A stretch of 63,298 bases of DNA, filler included, from Octopus bimaculoides (lineage: Eukaryota), in the NCBI RefSeq assembly GCF_001194135.2. It is 4 parts of 4 records of this genome, joined end to end, with 100 filler letters (N's around TTAATTAATTAA, not from the genome) between each part and the next. Parts side by side here need not be neighbours in the genome. Positions count along the whole stretch, not along the records: positions 28,934 to 54,506 come from NC_069006.1; positions 54,607 to 62,158 come from NW_026384395.1; positions 62,259 to 63,298 come from NW_026389960.1; 1 more part is not named here. One strand, given 5' to 3'. The translations under genes were made by a program, and so were the position numbers. How positions within the stretch are numbered: the first letter of the stretch is position 1; every line of letters begins with the position of its first letter. Positions 50,932 through 63,298 of the stretch are shown in pieces. The notes under the pieces were generated by a model that was not told the DNA's origin, did no database searches, and saw nothing but the letters and a program-made list of their open reading frames with translations.

Positions 50932-51244
50932 ATACATATATGTACGTTTGTTTGTAAAATATACACGGGGGTTAAACTTCTGTAACGTTGTTGCAATTCC
51001 CAATTTTTGTTCAGCGGGAATCAAGGAGCATAAATTACACCAGTTGACCTTCATACATTGCAATGAGNNNNNNNNNNNNNNNNNNNNNNNNNNNNNNNNN
51101 NNNNNNNNNNNNNNNNNNNNNNNNNNNNNNNNNNNNNNNNNNNNNNNNNNNNNNNNNNNNNNNNNNNTATATATATATATATATATATATGCATAAGAAA
51201 TTGAATTTCTCTCTTCCAATTCGAGCTCTTGTGAGAGACATTCT

Positions 51245-51435
51245 TGTCTACTCTAGGCACAAGTCCCGGAATTTTCGGGATCGACCCCACTACGCAACTG
51301 GTAATTAATTTATCGACCCCGAAAGGATGAAAACCAAAGTCGACCTCGGTGGAATTTGAACTCAGATGGGAAAGAGAGACGAAATACCGTTAAGCATTTC
51401 GTCCAGCGTGCTAACGATTCTGCCAGCACGCCGCT
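51245..51435 (-). mobile_element. SINE family A
   Basis: CGACCCCGAAAGGATGAAA..GTCGACCTCGGTGGAATTTGAACTCAGA..GCTAACGATTCTGCCAG. Confidence 0.8.
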
Positions 51436-51517
51436 CTTCCTGTTAGAGATACTACCTAACAATTGCGTTAGCAAGATATTCTACGTATGTTTACATTGAA
51501 TAAATAAAATCGTTATA

Positions 51518-51745
51518 TTGGGTTGTCCGGAAAGTTCGTGCCGATTTTTAAAGGAGAGAAAAATGTCAATAAATACTTGCCATTATATTTTTAATCAACC
51601 AAATATGAACCATTTTGTTGCACAATGTATCTCCATCTTTCCTTTAACTGGAAAATACCCTCTTCCCAGAATCGAGGTGGTTTCATGGTAAATAAGACGA
51701 AAAGTAAGCTACTATAAATCGGCACGAACTTTCCGGACAACCCAA
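51518..51745 (-). mobile_element. Internally deleted mariner transposon
   Basis: Perfect 30-bp TIRs TTGGGTTGTCCGGAAAGTTCGTGCCGATTT (51518-51547 / 51716-51745), TA flanks; minus strand 51684-51592 encodes KPPRFWEEGIFQLKERWRYIVQQNGSYLVD*, the mariner transposase C-terminus. Confidence 0.9.
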
Positions 51746-51802
51746 ATAGAACCAATGATTATCAACTGCGTATTGTTTTTACTCTGATAGACGTTCATGA
51801 CT

Positions 51803-52178
51803 GTGGAGGCACAATGGCCCAGTGGTTAGGGCAGCGGACACGCGGCCATAGGGTCGCGGTTTCGATTCCCAGACCGGGCGTTGTGAGTGTTTATTGAGCG
51901 AAAACACCTAAAGCTCCACGAGGCTCCGGCAGGGGATGGTGGCGAACCCTGCTGTACTCTTTCACCACAACTTTCTCTCACTCTTACTTCCTGTTGTGCC
52001 TGGAATTCAAAGGGTCAGCCTTGTCACCCTGTGTCACGCTGAATATCCCCGAGAACTACGTTAAGAGTACACGTGTCTGTGGAGTGCTCAGCCACATGCA
52101 CGTTAATTTCAAGAGCAGTCTGTTCCGTTGATTGGATCAACTGGAACCCTCGACGTCGTAAGCGACGGAGTGCCAACA
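51803..52178 (+). mobile_element. Full-length tRNA-derived SINE (family C)
   Basis: Same sequence as 1654-2035; 13-bp TSD ACGTTCATGACTG / ACGTTCATCACTG (1 mismatch). Confidence 0.9.
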
Positions 52179-52316
52179 CGTTCATCACTGAAATGCTATG
52201 TATTTTAAACATAATGTAGCTTTTCCCGAACGACCAGCACAAATGATTTGTTTACTGCGATGAAACGTTAGTACCGCGCCTTGGCTCACTCTCTCCAAGA
52301 AATCAACGTTTGTTTG

Positions 52317-52492
52317 TGTTGTGTCGACACCCCCAAGCGAAGAAATAGGATATCCCAAGACATATAAATAGAGGGAGTCTGACCGTAGTAGGAGTGTTGA
52401 GTAGCAGTGGAGTAGCTGACGAGTAGCCGTCGAGTAGCGGTTGAGCAGAGATCATCCGAAGGTGCTAGATAGCAGTAGCTTGAGACATAACA
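52317..52492 (+). mobile_element. 176-bp solo-LTR-like element (TRIM-sized)
   Basis: TG...CA ends with 9-bp imperfect inverted termini TGTTGTGTC/GACATAACA, 5-bp flanks GTTTG/GTTCG, internal TATAAATA and 11-bp GAGTAGCnnnn tandem units. Confidence 0.5.
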
Positions 52493-52850
52493 GTTCGGCA
52501 AAAGAGACTGATAGAATAAGTATTAGGCTTTCAAAGAATAAGTCCTGAGGTCGGTTTGCTCGACTAAAGGCGGTGCTCCAGCATGGCCGCCGTCAAATAC
52601 TCTTTTACTCTTTTACTTGCTTCAGTCATTTAACTGCGGCCATGCTGGAGCACCGCCTTTAGTCGAGCAAATCAACCCCAGACCTTATTCTTTGTAAGCC
52701 TAGTACTTATTCTATCGGTCACTGTTGCCGAACCGCTAATTTATGGGGACGCAAACACACCACCATCGGTTGTCAAGCGATGTTGGAGGGGGGCAAACAC
52801 AGACACACAAACATATACACACACATACTGAGACAAGTAAAAGAATAAAA
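52493..52850. mobile_element. SINE family B (+) with an antisense family-B copy inserted into its tail
   Basis: Plus body 52493-52598, minus copy ~52599-52825, plus tail resumes ACTGAGACAAGTAAAAG; ATACT duplicated at 52597-52601 and 52825-52829. Confidence 0.8.
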
Positions 52851-53555
52851 GAACACACACACACACACACACGCACTAGATGAACTAGGATGGATAACGT
52901 GCATTACTGCGCAGTCTCCGAAGTGACGGGCATGTTATTAGATTCTCATAGTTAAACAATTAAATCAACGATGATCATAAAAATACTGACGATGACAATG
53001 ATGATGATGATGATGAGAGCGACTGCGATGATGATGATGATGATGTAGATGAAAGGTTTTCATATCGACAATTAAACGGAGATGCCGAGGAAGTGCGCGA
53101 GAAGATGATCAAAGCGAGGATGCGGCGTTCGTTGATGAAGGAAACAAGACGATAATAAATCTTTTATTCATTCGACGAATGAAAATTACTCCGAGAACGA
53201 CCTGAAACATATGAAATAAACCTTGCTTGGATGAAAGGGTATCAAAGAAATAAAGCAAGTATAATATGTACCAAAGTAGGAAACGACCATCAGCAAATGC
53301 TGTCGTTTCAAATTTAAGTACCCCGGAGGTACGTTCTCCAGCTTCACAAATCCATTTAAAAGACAGTCATTAAATGAAACACGATAGTCCTTGGAGACAT
53401 CAACTTCCAAATCATTTTAATTAGCTCTACAGTATTACTTTATTTCATTAAATCATGCAATCCACTTTTAATTTGCATATTAATTTAATTTCATTGTATA
53501 ACTATCAGTCTTACATCATTCAGACAAACTGTATTAATGAACATGCGATATGTAT

Positions 53556-53936
53556 TGTTGGCACTCCGTCGCTTACGATGTCGAGGGTTCCAGTTGATCC
53601 GATCAACGGAACAGCCTGCTCGTGAAATTAACGTGCAAGTGGCTGAGCACTCCACAGACACGTGTACCCTTAACGTAGTTCTCGGGGATATTCAGCGTGA
53701 CACAGTGTGACAAGGCTGGCCCTTTGAATTACAGGCACAACAGAAACAGGAAGAAAGAGTGAGAGAAAGTTGTGACGAAAGAGTACAGCAGGGTTCGCCA
53801 CCATCCCCTGCCGGAACCTCGTGGGGCTTTTAGGTGTATTCGCTCAATAAGCACTCACAACGCCCGGTCTGGGAATCGAAACCGCGATCCTACGACCGCG
53901 AGTCCACTACCCTAACCACTGGGCCATTGCGCCTCA
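53556..53936 (-). mobile_element. Full-length tRNA-derived SINE (family C)
   Basis: Reverse complement of the family-C consensus; 15-bp TSD ACATGCGATATGTAT / ACGTGCGATATGAAT (2 mismatches). Confidence 0.9.
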
Positions 53937-54465
53937 ACGTGCGATATGAATATACAGGCACAATAGTGCCTGCAAGGTAATAAGTTTGTTTCTTAATCAC
54001 ATGGTTAGGCTTTCGGTCCCGCTGCGTGGCACCCTCGACGAGTGTCATATATTAACTACAGGACAACCAAAGCCTTGTGAATGGATTTGGCAGAGGGAAA
54101 CTGATTGAAGCATGTTATATATATGTATATATATGTATATATATATATATACTGCCAAAATACTGCCTGGATCTACCTGGGATATTAACTAAAAATTTGT
54201 ACCTCCATGGAAGTACCAACCAACATCCATATCCTCTGGAAAAAGATGAGTTGTGAACATTATTCCCTTGCCTATATTCTTCTAACTACTTTTACTCTTT
54301 ATCCTCCCATCTGTTTTAATTTAATTAAATTCTATGTCTTTATGCAACTGAGGATTTCTCTGCATTTAAATTTATGTAATGGTTGCATTGTTCAATTAGA
54401 TAAGAGTTGCGTGAAACGATCGTACTGCATTACCTCTGGATATCCTTGTTGCTTCTTTTGATTAT

Positions 54466-54506
<41 letters not shown>

Positions 54507-54606
54507 NNNNNNNNNNNNNNNNNNNNNNNNNNNNNNNNNNNNNNNNNNNNTTAATTAATTAANNNNNNNNNNNNNNNNNNNNNNNNNNNNNNNNNNNNNN
54601 NNNNNN
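54507..54606. other. Artificial scaffold spacer
   Basis: 44 N + TTAATTAATTAA (54551-54562) + 44 N. Confidence 0.97.
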
Positions 54607-57600
54607 TTTCGTTCGTTCTTCTGTTCCTTCGAACGTACGTAATTACGAACGAACGACCGTAATTATGAACGTACGTAGGAACGAACGAATGAACGAACGA
54701 GCCAACAAACGAGCGAATGAACGAAGGAACCATCGAAATAACGATCGTACGTACTTACGTAGAATCGAACGAATGAAGGAAGGATCAAACTATGAAATGA
54801 TCGAACGAAGGAACAAAAGAACGAACGAACGATCGAAAGAAAGAACGAAAGATTGAACGATCGAAGGTAGGTGAGTACGAACGAACGAACGTACGTGAGT
54901 ACGAACGAACGAACGTACGTGAGTACGAACGAACGTACATTCGTACGATCTAAAGAACAAACGAACGAAAGAAATAGCGACAAAACGATAGTAAGTATGT
55001 AAGTACGAATAAACGAACATACGTTCGTTCGTTCGTACGTACGTACTTTCGTTCGTTCTTTTGTTCTTTCGAACGTACGTAATTACGAACGAACGAACGT
55101 AATTACGAACGTACGTAATTACGAACGAACGAACGTAATTACGAACGTACGTAGGAACGAACGAATGAACGTAATTACGAACGTACGAACGAATGAAAGA
55201 ACGATCCATCGAAATAACGAACGTACGTACGTAGGTAGAATAGAACGAACGAAGGAAGAATCAAACGATGAATTGATCGAACGAAGGAACAAAAGAACGA
55301 ACGAACGATCGAACGAAAGAACGAAAGATAGAACGAACGAACGTACATTCGTACGATCTAACGAACAAACGAACGAAAGAATTAGCGACAAAACTATAGT
55401 AAGTATGTAAGTCCGAACGAACGAACATACGTACGTACGTACGAACGAACGAACGTACGCACGTACAAACGTAAGGAAGGACGAACGAACGAACGTACGC
55501 AGCAACGAATGAACGTGCGTAAGTACGTACGAAAGAACGATCGTACGTACGTAAGAACGAACGATCCAACGAACGAAAGAAAGAACGTACGTACGTAATA
55601 ACGTTCGTTTGATCGTACTGACGTACGTACGTTCTTTCTTTTATTCGTACGTTCGATTGTTCGTTCGTTCGCTCGTACCTACCTTCATTCGTTCGTTCGT
55701 TTGTACGTACGTACTTTCGTTCGTTCTTTTGTTCCTTCGAACGTACGTAATTACGAACGAACGAACGTAATTACGAACGTACGTAGGTACGAACGAATGA
55801 ACGAACGAGCCAACGAACGAGCGAATGAACGAACGAACCATCGAAATAACGAACGTACGTACGTACGTAGAATAGAACGAACGAAGGTAGGATCAAACGA
55901 TGAAATGATCGAACGAAGGAACAAAAGAACGAAAGAAAGGAAGATTGAACGAACGAACGTACGTGAGTACGAACGAACGAACGTACGCACGTACAAACGT
56001 TAGGACGAACGAACGAACGAACGTACGTAGGAACGAACGAACGTGCGTAAGTAGGTACGAAAGAACGATCGTACATACGTAAGAACGATCGCACGAACGT
56101 ACGTGAGTACGAACGAACGTACATTCGTACGATCTAACGAACAAACGAACGAAAGAAATAGCGACAAAACGATAGTATGTATGTAAGTACGAACGAACGA
56201 ACATACGTACGATCGTACGTACGTACGTAAGAACGAACGAACGAACGTAAGCTCGTACAAACGTAAGTACGAATGAACGAACGAACCATCGTTCCTTCAT
56301 TCGTACGTACGTACTTTCCTTCGTTCTTTTGTTCCTACGAAGGTACATAATTACGAACGATCGAACGTAATTACGAACGTACGTAGGTACGTAGAATAGA
56401 ACGAACGAGCCAACGAACGAGCGAATGAACGAACGAACCATCGAAATAACGAACGTACGTATGTACGTAGAATAGAACGAAGGAAGGAAGGATCAAACGA
56501 TGAAATGATCGAAAGAAGGAACAAAAGAACGAACGAACGATCGAAAGAAAGAACGAAAGATTGATAGAACGAAGGTAGGTGAGTACGAACGAACGAACGT
56601 ACGTGAGTACGAACGAACGAACGTACGTGAGTATGAACGAACGAACGTACATTCGTACGATCTAACGAACAAACGAACGAAAGAAATAGCGACAAAACGA
56701 TAGTAAGTATGTAATTACGAACGAACGAACATACGTACGATCGTACGTACGTACGTACGAACGAACGAACGAACGTAAGCTCGTACAAACGTAAGGACGA
56801 ACGAACGAACGAACGTACGTAGGAACGAAAGAACGTACGTAAGTACGTACGAATGAAAGATCGTACGTACGTAAGAACGAACGATCTAACTATCGAACAA
56901 ACGATCGAACGAACGAAAGAAAAACGTACGTACGTAATAACGTTCATTCGTTCTTTTGTTCCTTCGAACGTACGTAATTACGAACGAACGAACGTACGTG
57001 AGTACGAACGAACGAACGTACATTCGTACGATCTAACGAACAAATGAACGAAAGAAATAGCGACAAAACGATAGTAAGTATGTAAGTACGAACGAACGAA
57101 CATACGTACGTTCGTACGTACGTATGTACGAACGAACGAACGAACGTACGCACGTACAAACGTAAGGACGAACGAACGAACGAACTTACGTAGGAACGAA
57201 CGAACGTGCGTAAGTACGTACGAAAGAACGATCGTACGTACGTAAGGATGAACGATCTAACGATCGAACGAACGATCCAACGAAAGAAAGAACGTACGTA
57301 CTTAATAACGTTCGTTTGATCGTACTGACTTAGTACGTTCTTTCTTTTATTCGTACGTTCGATTGTTCGTTCGTTCGCTCGTACGTACCTTCATTCGTTC
57401 GTACGTCCGTTCGTACGTACGTACTTTCGTTCGTTCTTTTGTTCCTTCGAACGTACGTAATTACGAACGAACGAACGTAATTACGAACGTACGTAGGAAC
57501 GAACGTATGAACGAACGAGCCAACGAACGAGCGAAGGAACGAAGGAACCATCGAAATAACGAACGTACGTACGTAGAATAGAACGAACGAAGGAAGGATC

Positions 57601-60600
57601 AAACGATGAAATGATCGAACGAAGGAACAAAAGAACGAACGAACGATCGAACGAAAGAACGAAAGATTGAACGAACGAACGTACTTGAGTACGAACGAAC
57701 GAACGTACGTGAGTACGAACGAACGAACGTACGTGAGTACGAACGAACGTACGNNNNNNNNNNNNNNNNNNNNNNNNNNNNNNNNNNNNNNNNNNNNNNN
57801 NNNNNNNNNNNNNNNNNNNNNNNNNNNNNNNNNNNNNNNNNNNNNNNNNNNNNNNNNNNNNNNNNNNNNNNNNNNNNNNNNNNNNNNNNNNNNNNNNNNN
57901 NNNNNNNNNNNNNNNNNNNNNNNNNNNNNNNNNNNNNNNNNNNNNNNNNNNNNNNNNNNNNNNNNNNNNNNNNNNNNNNNNNNNNNNNNNNNNNNNNNNN
58001 NNNNNNNNNNNNNNNNNNNNNNNNNNNNNNNNNNNNNNNNNNNNNNNNNNNNNNNNNNNNNNNNNNNNNNNNNNNNNNNNNNNNNNNNNNNNNNNNNNNN
58101 NNNNNNNNNNNNNNNNNNNNNNNNNNNNNNNNNNNNNNNNNNNNNNNNNNNAATGAACGAACGAGCCAACGAACGAGCGAATGAACGAACGAACCATCGA
58201 AATAACGAACGTACGTACGTACGTACGTAGAATAGAACGAACGAAGGAAGGATCAAACGATGAAATGATCGAACGAAGGAACAAAAGAACGAACGAACGA
58301 TCGAACGAAAGAACGAAAGATTGAACGAACGAACGTACTTGAGTACGAACGAACGAACGTACGTGAGTACGAACGAACGAACGTACGTGAGTACGAACGA
58401 ACGTACGTAGGAACGAAGGAACGTGCTTAAGTACGTACGAAAGAACGATCGTACGTACGTAAGAACGAACGATCTAACGATCGAACGATCGATCCAACTA
58501 AAGAAAGTACGTACGTAATAACGTTTGATCGTACTGACGTACGTACGTTCTTTCTTTTATTCGTACGTTCGATTGTTCTTTTGTGCGCTCGTACGTACCT
58601 TCATTCGTTCATTCGTTCGTTCGTTCGTACGTACGTACTTTTGTTCGTTCTTTTGTTCCTTCGAACGTACGTAATTACGAACGAACGAACGTAATTACGA
58701 ACGTACGTAGGAAAGAACGAATGAACGAACGAGCCAACGAACGAGCGAATGAACGAACGAACCATCGAAATAACGACCGTACGTACGTACGTAGAATAGA
58801 ACGAACGAAGGAAGGATCAAACGATGAAATGATCGAACGAACGAACAAAAGAACGAAGGAACGATTGAACGAACCTACATTCGTACGATCTAACGAACAA
58901 ACGAACGAAAGAAATAGAGACAAATCCATAGTAAGTATGTAAGTACGAATGAACGAACATACGTACGTTTGTACGTACGTACGTACGAACGAACGAACGA
59001 ACGTACGCACGTACAAACGTGAGGACGAACGAACGAACGAACGTACGTAGGAACGAAGGAACGTGCGTAAGTACGTACGAAAGAACGATCGTACGTACGT
59101 AAGAACGAACGATCTAACGATCGAACGAACGATCGAACGAACGAAAGAAAGAACGTACGTACGTAATAACGTACGTTCTTTGTTTTATTCGTTCGTTCGT
59201 TCGTTCGTTCGTACGTACGTACTTTCGTTCGTTCTTTTGTTCCTTCGAACGTACGTAATTACGAACGATCGAACGTAATTACGAACGTACGTAGGTACGT
59301 AGAATAGAACGAACGAGCCAACGAACGAGCGAATGAACGAACGAACCATCGAAATGGCGAACGTACGTATGTACGTAGAAGAGAACGACCGAAGGAAGGA
59401 TCAAACGATGAAATGATCGAACGAAGGAAGAAAAGAACGAACGAACGATCGAAAGAAAGAACGAAAGATTGAACGAACGAACGTACATTCGTACAATCTA
59501 ACGAACAAACGAACGAAAGAAATAGCGACAAATCTATAGTAAGTATGTAAGTCCGAACGAACGAACATACGTACGATCGTACGTACGTACGTACGAACGA
59601 ACGAACGAAAGAACGTAAGCTCATACAAACGTAAGGACGAACGAACGAACGAACGAACGTACGTAGGAACGAAGTAACGTGCGTAAGTACGTACGAAAGA
59701 AAGATCGTACGTACGTAACAACGAACGATCAAACGATCGAACGAACGATCGAACGAACGAAAGAAAGAACGTACGTACGTAATAAGGTTCGTTTGATCGT
59801 ACTGACGTACGTACTTTCCTTCGTTCTATTGTTCCTTCGAACGTACGTAATTACGAACGAACGAACGTAATTACGAACGTACGTTGGAACGAACGAATGA
59901 ACGAACGAGCGAATGAACGAACGAGCGAATGAACGAACGAACCATCGAATTAACGAACGTACGTACGTACGTACGTAGAATAGAACGAACGAAGGAAGCA
60001 TCAAAGGATGAAATGATCGAACGATGTAAGAAAAGAACGAACGAACGATCGAAAGAAAGAACGAAAGATTGAACGAACGAACGTACGTGAGTACGAACAA
60101 ACGAACGTACATTCGTACGATCTAACGAACAAACGAACGAAAGAAAGAGCGACAAAACGATAGTAAGTTTGTAAGTACGAATGAACGAACATACGTACGT
60201 TCGTACGTACGTACGTACGAACGAACGAACGAACGCACGTACGTAGGAACGAAGGAACGTGCGTAAGTACGTACGAAAGAACGATCGTACGTACGTAAGA
60301 ACGAACGATCTAACGATCGAACGAACGATCCAACGAACGAAAGAAAGAACGTACGTACGTAATAACGTTCGTCTGATCGTACTGACGTACGTACGTTCTT
60401 TCTTTTATTCGTACGTTAGATTGTTCGTTCGTTCACTCGTACGTACCTTCATTCGTTTGTTCGTTCGTACGTACGTACTTTCCTTCGTTCTTTTGCTCCT
60501 TCGGACGTACGGGAGTACGAAGAAACGAACGTACGTTAGTACGAACGAACGAACGTACGTGCGTACGAACGAACGAACGTACATTCGTACGATCTAACGA

Positions 60601-62158
60601 ACAAACGAACGAAGGAAATAGCGACAAAACGATAGTAAGTATGTAAGTACGAACGAACGAACATACGTACGTTCGTACGTTCGTACGTACGAACGAACGA
60701 ACGAACGTACGCACGTGCAAACGTAAGGACGAACGAACGAGCGAACGTACGTAGGAACGAACGAACGTGCGTAAGTAGGTACGAAAGAACGATCGTACGT
60801 ACGTAAGAACGAACGATCTAACGATCGAACGAACGATCCAACGAACGAAAGAAAGAACGTACGTACGTAATAACGTTCGTTTGGTCGTACTGACGTACGT
60901 ACGTTCTTTCTTTTATTCGGACGTTCGATTGTTCGTTCGTTTGCTCGTACGTACCTTCATTCGTTCGTTCGTTCGTTCGTACGTACGTACTTTCGTTCGT
61001 TCTTTTGTTCCTTCGAACATACGTAATTACGAACGAACGAACGTAATTACGAACGTACGTAGGAACGAACGAATGAAAGAACGAGCCAACGAACGAGCGA
61101 ATGAACGAACAAACCATCGAAATAACGAACGTACGTACGTAGAATAGAACGAAGGAAGGAAGGATCAAACGATGAAATGATCGAACGAAGGAACAAAAGA
61201 ACGAACGAACGATCGAACGAAAGAACGAAAGATTGAACGAACGAAGGTAGGTGAGTACGATCGAACGAACGTACGTGAGTACGAACGAACGAACGTACAT
61301 TCGTTCGATCTAACGAACAAACGAACGAAAGAAATAGCGACAAAACGATAGGAAGTATGTAAGTGCGAACGAACGAACATACGTACGATCGTACGTACGT
61401 ACGTACGAACGAACGAACGAACGTAAGCTCGTACAAACGTAAGGACGAACGAACGAACGAACGAANNNNNNNNNNAGCTCGTACAAACGTAAGGACGAAC
61501 GAACGAACGAACGAACGTACGTAGGTAGCAACGAAGGAACGTGCGTAAGTACTACGAAAGAACGATCGTACGTACGTAAGACCGAACGATCTAACGATCG
61601 AACGAACGATCGAACGAACGAACGAAAGAAAGAGCGTACGTACGTAATAACGTTCGTTTGATCGTACTGACTTACGTACGTTCTTTCTTTTATTCGTACG
61701 TTCGATTGTTCGTTCGTTCGCTCGTACGTACGTACTTTCCTTCGTTCTTTTGTTACTTCGAACGTACGTAATTACGAACGAACGAACGTAATTACGAACG
61801 TACGTTGGAACGAACGAATGAACGAACGAGCGAATGAACGAACGAACCATCGAAATAACGAACGTACGTACGTACGTAGAATAGAACGAACGAAGGAAGG
61901 ATCAAAGGATGAAATGATCGAACGAAGGAACAAAAGAACGAACGAACGATCGAAAGAAAGAACGAAAGATTGAACGAACGAACGTACGTGAGTACGAACG
62001 AACGAGCGAACGTACGTAGGAACGAACGAACGTGCGTAAGTACGTACGAAAGAACGATCGTACGTACGTAAGAACGAACGATCTAACGATCGAACGAACG
62101 AAAGAAAGAACGTACGTACGTAATAACGTTCGTTTGATCGTACTGACGTACGTACGTT
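54607..62158. repeat. CpG-rich higher-order satellite built on AACG/TACG tetramers, unit roughly 440-750 bp
   Basis: Diagnostic blocks (CCATCGAAATAACG, GATCAAACGATGAAATGATCG, GAAATAGCGACAAAACGATAG, TTCTTTTGTTCCTTCG) recur in fixed order about 12 times; fills the whole block between two spacers. Confidence 0.95.
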
Positions 62159-62258
62159 NNNNNNNNNNNNNNNNNNNNNNNNNNNNNNNNNNNNNNNNNN
62201 NNTTAATTAATTAANNNNNNNNNNNNNNNNNNNNNNNNNNNNNNNNNNNNNNNNNNNN
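62159..62258. other. Artificial scaffold spacer
   Basis: 44 N + TTAATTAATTAA (62203-62214) + 44 N. Confidence 0.97.
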
Positions 62259-62324
62259 ATATATATATATATATATACACATATATGCATATATATACAT
62301 ATGTATATGTTAATGTATATAATC

Positions 62325-62515
62325 CGTTCTGTCTGTCTGTTCGTGAGCCTATAACTGGAGTATTGTTCACCCGATCGCACTGAAATTTTAAACATGGATA
62401 CATGACAGAGCTGGGCGTTCCGTAATCTAAAAACATTTTCAAGGTGAGAATCGCTATTTTTGTAATCTTTTTGTCCTGTTTGTTCCGCCATTAAAATCAA
62501 TCAGTTGCTAAAACA
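62325..62515 (+). mobile_element. Possible Helentron/DINE-1-like non-autonomous fragment
   Basis: (TCTG)n followed by CCGATCGCACTGAAATTTT..ATGG, the layout typical of DINE-1/HINE cores; no termini identified. Confidence 0.35.
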
Positions 62516-62519
62516 ACCG

Positions 62520-62536
62520 GCACACACGCACGCACG

Positions 62537-62579
<43 letters not shown>

Positions 62580-63250
62580 GTCCATTTCATATAGACGTAT
62601 ATATATCTTTCACTTTCTTTCTCTGTTCTTTTCGCTTATCTTCAATCAACTATCGTAAAAATTTTAAACTATTACGTCACATTTTCTATAGGTGTGTGTA
62701 CCTTCACTCACTCTATCTCTCTTTCTCACCCTCTTTCTCCCTCAAATACACACTCGCAAGCACGCACGCGCACGCACACACACACATTCATTTCATATAG
62801 ACGTACATACATCTTTCAATTTCTTTCTCTGTTCTTCTCGCTTTCTCTTCTTTTGAAAGTTTGAAAGAAGTCTGTCCTATATATATATATATATATATAT
62901 ATATTCCTCATGCATTTCAAAAACAGATTACAGATTTTGATGTATGGAGTATCAAAAGATTCAGTACTATTTCGGCTACAAATTAAACTTAATTTCCATT
63001 CACATATTTGCATTTCAAAAATTTAACATTATAATCTTTTCCATAAATCTATTATCGTAAACATGTTATACGATGACGTCTTATTTTCTATATGTGTGTG
63101 TACCTTTCTCACTCTCTTTCTCTCTCGCGCGCACACATACAAACACATACACACACGTCCATTTCATATAGACGTACATACATCTCTCACTTTCTTTCTC
63201 TGTTCGCTTCGCTTTCTCTTCTTTCAATTTCTGTTCCCTTCAAATTATTT
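62520..63250. repeat. Degenerate tandem repeat (~210-bp unit, one copy expanded)
   Basis: CATTTCATATAGACGTA..TCTTTC..TTTCT.TCTCTGTTC recurs at ~62583, ~62790 and ~63160; TATCGTAAA..ACGTC..TTTTCTATA..GTGTGTGTACCTT recurs at ~62651 and ~63053. Confidence 0.7.
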
Positions 63251-63298
63251 TTTACGGAATGAGCGGGAGAAACACAGAAAAGACGTAATCTCTCCAGA

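Noticed and set aside
52963-53156. Acidic then basic frame DDDD..ERFSYRQLNGDAEEVREKMIKARMRRSLMKETRR
   Set aside because: In-frame stop immediately upstream, no acceptor, and largely (GAT)n microsatellite.
54551-62214. Long RSFV/TNER ORFs and a CRISPR-like look in the AACG/TACG array
   Set aside because: The ORFs reflect tetramer periodicity. There are no constant repeats separated by unique spacers and no cas genes, and the context is eukaryotic.
424-63013. The great majority of ORFs in the supplied track ([16 protein letters not shown], poly-X)
   Set aside because: They are translations of dinucleotide microsatellites or run through N gaps; no domain motifs or splice support.

Overview
AT-rich, microsatellite-saturated animal DNA; the repeat landscape looks octopus/cephalopod-like (inference, not proven). 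The window is NOT one contiguous locus. Three identical 100-bp artificial spacers (44 N + TTAATTAATTAA + 44 N at 28834, 54507, 62159) split it into four blocks. Block 1 (1-28833) holds the first two coding exons of a PPP1R16A/B (MYPT3/TIMAP) PP1 regulatory subunit gene (+ strand, 13.9-kb phase-1 intron, cut off at the join). It also has fossil RTE LINEs, a hAT transposase relic, piggyBac-type MITEs, a large nested fold-back, a pre-miRNA-sized hairpin and CpG-decayed SINEs. Block 2 (28934-54506) has no recognisable host gene. It carries an R4/Dong-type RLE retrotransposon in (TAA)n, a mariner derivative, a 176-bp solo-LTR-like element and many tRNA-SINEs with intact CpGs. Block 3 (54607-62158) is entirely an extremely CpG-rich higher-order satellite built from AACG/TACG tetramers, with a ~600-bp unit containing an inverted segment. 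Block 4 is short and repetitive. Almost all ORFs in the supplied track are microsatellite or N-gap artefacts. SINE families A, B and C are my own working labels, and many repeat boundaries are approximate.
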